Assembly: GCA_001724265.1 (NCBI GenBank)
Contig: MEDY01000285.1
Location: 1 to 64,000 of the forward strand
Direction of reading: 5' to 3'
DNA: 64,000 nucleotides
Source: Rhizaria sp. SCN 62-66
Taxonomy: Eukaryota
The position numbers and the translations under genes were made by a program. The notes beneath the pieces were generated by a model, which did not search any database, was not told the origin of the DNA, and saw nothing but the letters and a program-made list of their open reading frames with translations. The first letter of the stretch is position 1. Each line of letters begins with the position of its first letter. Positions 60,326 through 64,000 of the stretch are shown one piece after another.

Positions 60326-60922
60326 CGTTCGGGGCAGAGTGGCACAGAGGAACACTCACTGGGGCGCGGAGCGCAAAGGCTGGGAGGAAAGGCGACGCGA
60401 CGGGAGTCCGAGTGGAGAGTTTGAGTCTAACGGAAAACTCGTTCCTGGTCTGAAATCAAGCCTATGTCAAAAGAATTTTTGCAACAAGGAAGAAAAATGA
60501 ACGCGGTCTTCATAAAACACTATTAATATGTAAGTGTACGAGTGCTAATGCTGGTTTAGGACCTGTTTTTGTCAGTCTCATTGTCCCGCAACCTCATTTT
60601 TTCAGAACCGCGGCCGACTCCACCAACTGCAGTCAACGTTGACGACCATCGTCATCCAGCAGAGCCTCGGCTGATCCGTCTTTCGAAAGTTTACAAACGT
60701 TTTTGTAGCTCACTTTGTTAATTCTCTATTTCTTGAAAGGATCTCATCTCCAATCCTTTGTCTTGCCCTTCAACGCACTCGCGCTTTCCAGCAGTCTTCG
60801 AACCTCTCTTGCGTCTTCTTCATAAGAGTCAAGCAGAACCCACACGCCGCTGATCTTGACTTTGAGTCTAACTCTAATCCAGCCATAGACGCAAACCCAA
60901 CGCGTATTTGCGACAGTTCCCC

Positions 60923-63076
60923 ATGGATCCCTCGTCGAGCTCAACAAGCGGGCGCGGCCTGAAGCGCCCCGCGTCTCCCGGCGGCGCTCCAACGGACAAC
61001 AACACCAGCGACGGCGGCCTGGCTTTCGTGCCGCTGCACGTGCGCCGCGAACGCGAGCGCGAGCGCCTGGAGGAAGTGTCGCGCCAGACGGCCGCCGCGC
61101 ACGTCCGCCGCCTCCGCGCCGCGGAAGACAACGCCCGCGCCGCCGCGATTGCAGCCGCCGCTGCGAACGGTGGAGCAAATGGAGCTGCGCCACCGGCGAA
61201 CCCTGACTCGCAGAAGACGCTGATGCAGATCCAGCAAGAGCTGCTGCTGGAGCGCGGCGGCGTGCATATTACTGACGAAGAGCGGTTGCGCGCGGAAGAG
61301 CAGAAGCTGCTAGAGAACCTCTCGATGGAGCGCGCGCCGCTGCTGGGCCGCAAACAAGTCGCGGGCACTGGCGAGGTGTTCACTCAAGCGCTTGAGACCG
61401 GGTGGCGGCCGCCGCGGCACGTCCGCACGCTGCCGCAGTCCGCACACACGGCCACGCGCGCCAAGTTTGGGATCACGCTTGAGGGCGGGGCCGCCGAGGA
61501 CGCGTCCGTGCCGCCGCCCATCACCAAGTTCGCGCACATGCGCCTGCCTCCCGCGATCTTGGCCGCGCTCAACGCCAAGGGGATCCACACGCCGTCGCCG
61601 ATCCAGATGCAAGGGCTGCCCGTGGTGCTCTCTGGCCGCGACATGATCGGCATCGCGCTCACAGGCTCCGGTAAGACCCTTGTGTTCACACTCCCTATGG
61701 TAGTCTTCGCGCTCCAAGCAGAGGCCGTTCAGCCGCTCGCGCGCGGCGAGGGCCCCGTCGGGCTGGTCATCGTCCCCAGTCGCGAGCTCGCGGTGCAGCA
61801 CGCGGCCCTCGCGCGGCATTTCGCGGCGTATGTCAACGCTGCGACGGGTGCGTGTCCGCCGCCTGAGGGCGCTATCGAGGCCGGACTGGTACCGCCCGCG
61901 CCACTCGATCTCAACAGCATCGACCACGGCGGCGCAAGCGCACCGGGCGGTTTCCATAGCAACAACAACAACAACAATCAGCAGTCGCGGTCGCAACAGC
62001 AGTACGCGGCCCAGAGTGCGCAGGCGCGTGCTCAGGGCCAGACCGCGGGCTCCGGCGCACTGCGTTTCCCTCAAGTCGGCAAGATCTCCGTCATCACGGC
62101 CATCGGCGGCGTGAACATGGCCGAAGAGTACGCCGGCGTCGCGCCCGGCTGCGGCGTCCACATCGTTGTCGCCACGCCCGGTCGGCTTGTCGGTATGCTA
62201 GAGCAGAAGAAGCTCAGCATGGCCCGCTGCGTGTACCTCGCGATGGACGAGGCTGACCGACTCGTGGACATGGGGTTTGAGGAGTCGATGCGCGCCGTGT
62301 TCGACGCGTTCCCGCACCAGCGGCAGACGGTGCTCTTCTCGGCGACAATGCCGAAGAAGATCCAGGAGTTCGCGCTCACTGCCCTCGTGGAGCCCGTGGT
62401 CGTCAACGTGGGCCGCGCCGGCCGCGCCAACATGGACGTGATCCAGGAGGTTGAGTATGTCAAGCAAGAGGCCAAGTCGCTGTATTTGCTTGAATGCTTG
62501 CAGAAGACGCCGCCGCCGGTGATTGTGTTTGCGGAGAAGCAGAGCACGGTGGACCATATCCACGAGTACTTGCTACTCAAGGGTGTCGACGCCGCGGCAG
62601 TGCACGGTGGCCGCGGGCAGGAAGAGCGTACGCGCGCGATTAAGGAGTTCGAGACAGGCGTCAAGGACGTTCTGGTGGCCACGGACGTCGCCGCGAAGGG
62701 TCTCGATTTCCCGGCCATTCAGCACGTGATCAACTACGATATGCCGAAAGAAATCGAAAATTACATTCACCGGATCGGTCGTACGGGCCGTTCCGGCAAG
62801 ACCGGTGTCGCGACGTCGTTCGTGAACCGCGACTGTGAGGAGCTGTTCCTGCTCGATCTCAAGCACTTGCTGAAGGAGGCGCGGCAGAAGATTCCGCCCG
62901 TGCTGAGCGCACTGGAGGATCCCAGTGAGTTTGTGGGCGCGGATGGTGATGAGACGCGTGTGTGCGAGTACTGTGATGGCCGTGGACACCGTGTGATTGA
63001 GTGCCCGAAGCTGCAGAAGAAGAATAAGGCGATGAAGAACACGTACGGATACGATATGGTCGAGGACCAGTCATAA
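60923..63076 (+). CDS. DDX41: DEAD-box RNA helicase DDX41/Abstrakt (single exon)
   Basis: TGWRPP, PSPIQMQGLPVVLSGRDMIGIALTGSGKTLVF, DEADR, SAT, DVIQEVEYVKQEAK, HRIGRTGR, C-terminal CEYCDGRGHRVIECPKL zinc knuckle. TAA stop. Confidence 0.95.
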   Translation: MDPSSSSTSGRGLKRPASPGGAPTDNNTSDGGLAFVPLHVRRERERERLEEVSRQTAAAHVRRLRAAEDNARAAAIAAAAANGGANGAAPPANPDSQKTLMQIQQELLLERGGVHITDEERLRAEEQKLLENLSMERAPLLGRKQVAGTGEVFTQALETGWRPPRHVRTLPQSAHTATRAKFGITLEGGAAEDASVPPPITKFAHMRLPPAILAALNAKGIHTPSPIQMQGLPVVLSGRDMIGIALTGSGKTLVFTLPMVVFALQAEAVQPLARGEGPVGLVIVPSRELAVQHAALARHFAAYVNAATGACPPPEGAIEAGLVPPAPLDLNSIDHGGASAPGGFHSNNNNNNQQSRSQQQYAAQSAQARAQGQTAGSGALRFPQVGKISVITAIGGVNMAEEYAGVAPGCGVHIVVATPGRLVGMLEQKKLSMARCVYLAMDEADRLVDMGFEESMRAVFDAFPHQRQTVLFSATMPKKIQEFALTALVEPVVVNVGRAGRANMDVIQEVEYVKQEAKSLYLLECLQKTPPPVIVFAEKQSTVDHIHEYLLLKGVDAAAVHGGRGQEERTRAIKEFETGVKDVLVATDVAAKGLDFPAIQHVINYDMPKEIENYIHRIGRTGRSGKTGVATSFVNRDCEELFLLDLKHLLKEARQKIPPVLSALEDPSEFVGADGDETRVCEYCDGRGHRVIECPKLQKKNKAMKNTYGYDMVEDQS

Positions 63077-63747
63077 GTTCATGTCCCTGGATCATGTTGT
63101 TGCGCGTATAGAACATCGAACTATCTGTGGGTGTGTTTTCATTAAGTTAATATGTTTTATTGTCTGCGATTAATGACGAACGAATTGATATCGGGTTACT
63201 TTAGTCACTATTTTTGGTCTGTTTTTGCTATCAGTTCCTGTCATGTCTGCGCATGGAGTCGTTGCTCAATACATACGAAATATGTTCATGTTTCATACTA
63301 AAAGCTACAAGTCGTTCGATTAGATCTCTGAATGTGATGCTGTGAGTGGTGAGAGGGGCTGGGTCTAACATGTGCGTTATGTTATGTGTACGCAGCTTAA
63401 GGTTTTAAGCTTTTGCGCTGAATAAGGAAGTTTTTGTGATGATATTATTGCTTTTGATCTGCTGGTATTCATGTCTAACAGTCTATTGTTTTTATTGATG
63501 ACCGACCCCTTTTCCGTAGTAGTAAAATGTACTTGTGGTTGAGTACTCGTCATTTCTGACGATCGAAAAACGGAGCGGTCAAAATTGGAAGCAGAAAAAT
63601 ATAAAAGCTATAAACGTATTAAATTCAAAAATAACATTTTATTCAAATACATTTATTCAATTAAATCAACATATCAGGTTTCTTTTTGAAATAGTCAATA
63701 TATAACGCGTCAAAGTACGCTTTTTAGTTTTCGCGCCATCACCGTGC

Positions 63748-64000
63748 TCAGAGCGTGCCCCACACCTCATCGATGACCTCCGTGGCCTTGGCCAGCGCGG
63801 CCTCCACCCGCGCCCCACGGCCCACGCCAAAGACCGCCTCGCCGGCCTGCGCCAGGAACGGCCCCAGCGCGTGTCGCGCCGTGAGCGCCGCCGCCGTCAG
63901 CGGCTCGGGCGGCTCGCCCCCCGCAGACCCCGCTGTCGCGACAGTGGAGTTGGCGCCCCCCACCGCAGTTGCGGACCGCGAACAGAGGCTGAACAGCGCG
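63748..64000 (-). CDS. 3' end of a hypothetical protein running off the window
   Basis: GC-rich open frame (...ALAKATEVIDEVWGTL) ending in TGA, followed by AT-rich DNA. Confidence 0.6.
   Translation of the reverse strand, partial: ALFSLCSRSATAVGGANSTVATAGSAGGEPPEPLTAAALTARHALGPFLAQAGEAVFGVGRGARVEAALAKATEVIDEVWGTL

Noticed and set aside
1-64000. CRISPR arrays, operons, tRNA/rRNA genes
   Set aside because: The sequence is eukaryotic with spliceosomal introns; no repeat-spacer array or recognisable RNA gene was seen by eye.

Overview
Gene-dense nuclear DNA from a flagellated, aerobic microbial eukaryote. It has very GC/Ala-rich exons, about 26 short (~100-210 nt) GT-AG introns with a GTACG(T) donor consensus, and short AT-rich intergenic spacers. 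I can model about 21 protein-coding genes. These include RPB2, POLE2/DPB2, SMC3, IFT88, DDX41, a MAD1-like protein, ATP10, a hydroxyacyl-CoA dehydrogenase, TMEM230, a SKP1-like protein, a DUF455 ferritin-like protein, a TALE homeobox factor and a ~3,750-aa low-complexity protein with a PLC-type PH domain. The main discovery is that TAG appears to be a sense codon, probably Gln, while TAA and TGA remain stops. Four genes (plus a weaker fifth locus) carry in-frame TAG followed by 39-808 further coding-like codons, and all other gene models end in TAA or TGA. No RNA genes, CRISPR arrays or mobile elements were recognised. Gene identities come from recognising motifs by eye, not from database searches.
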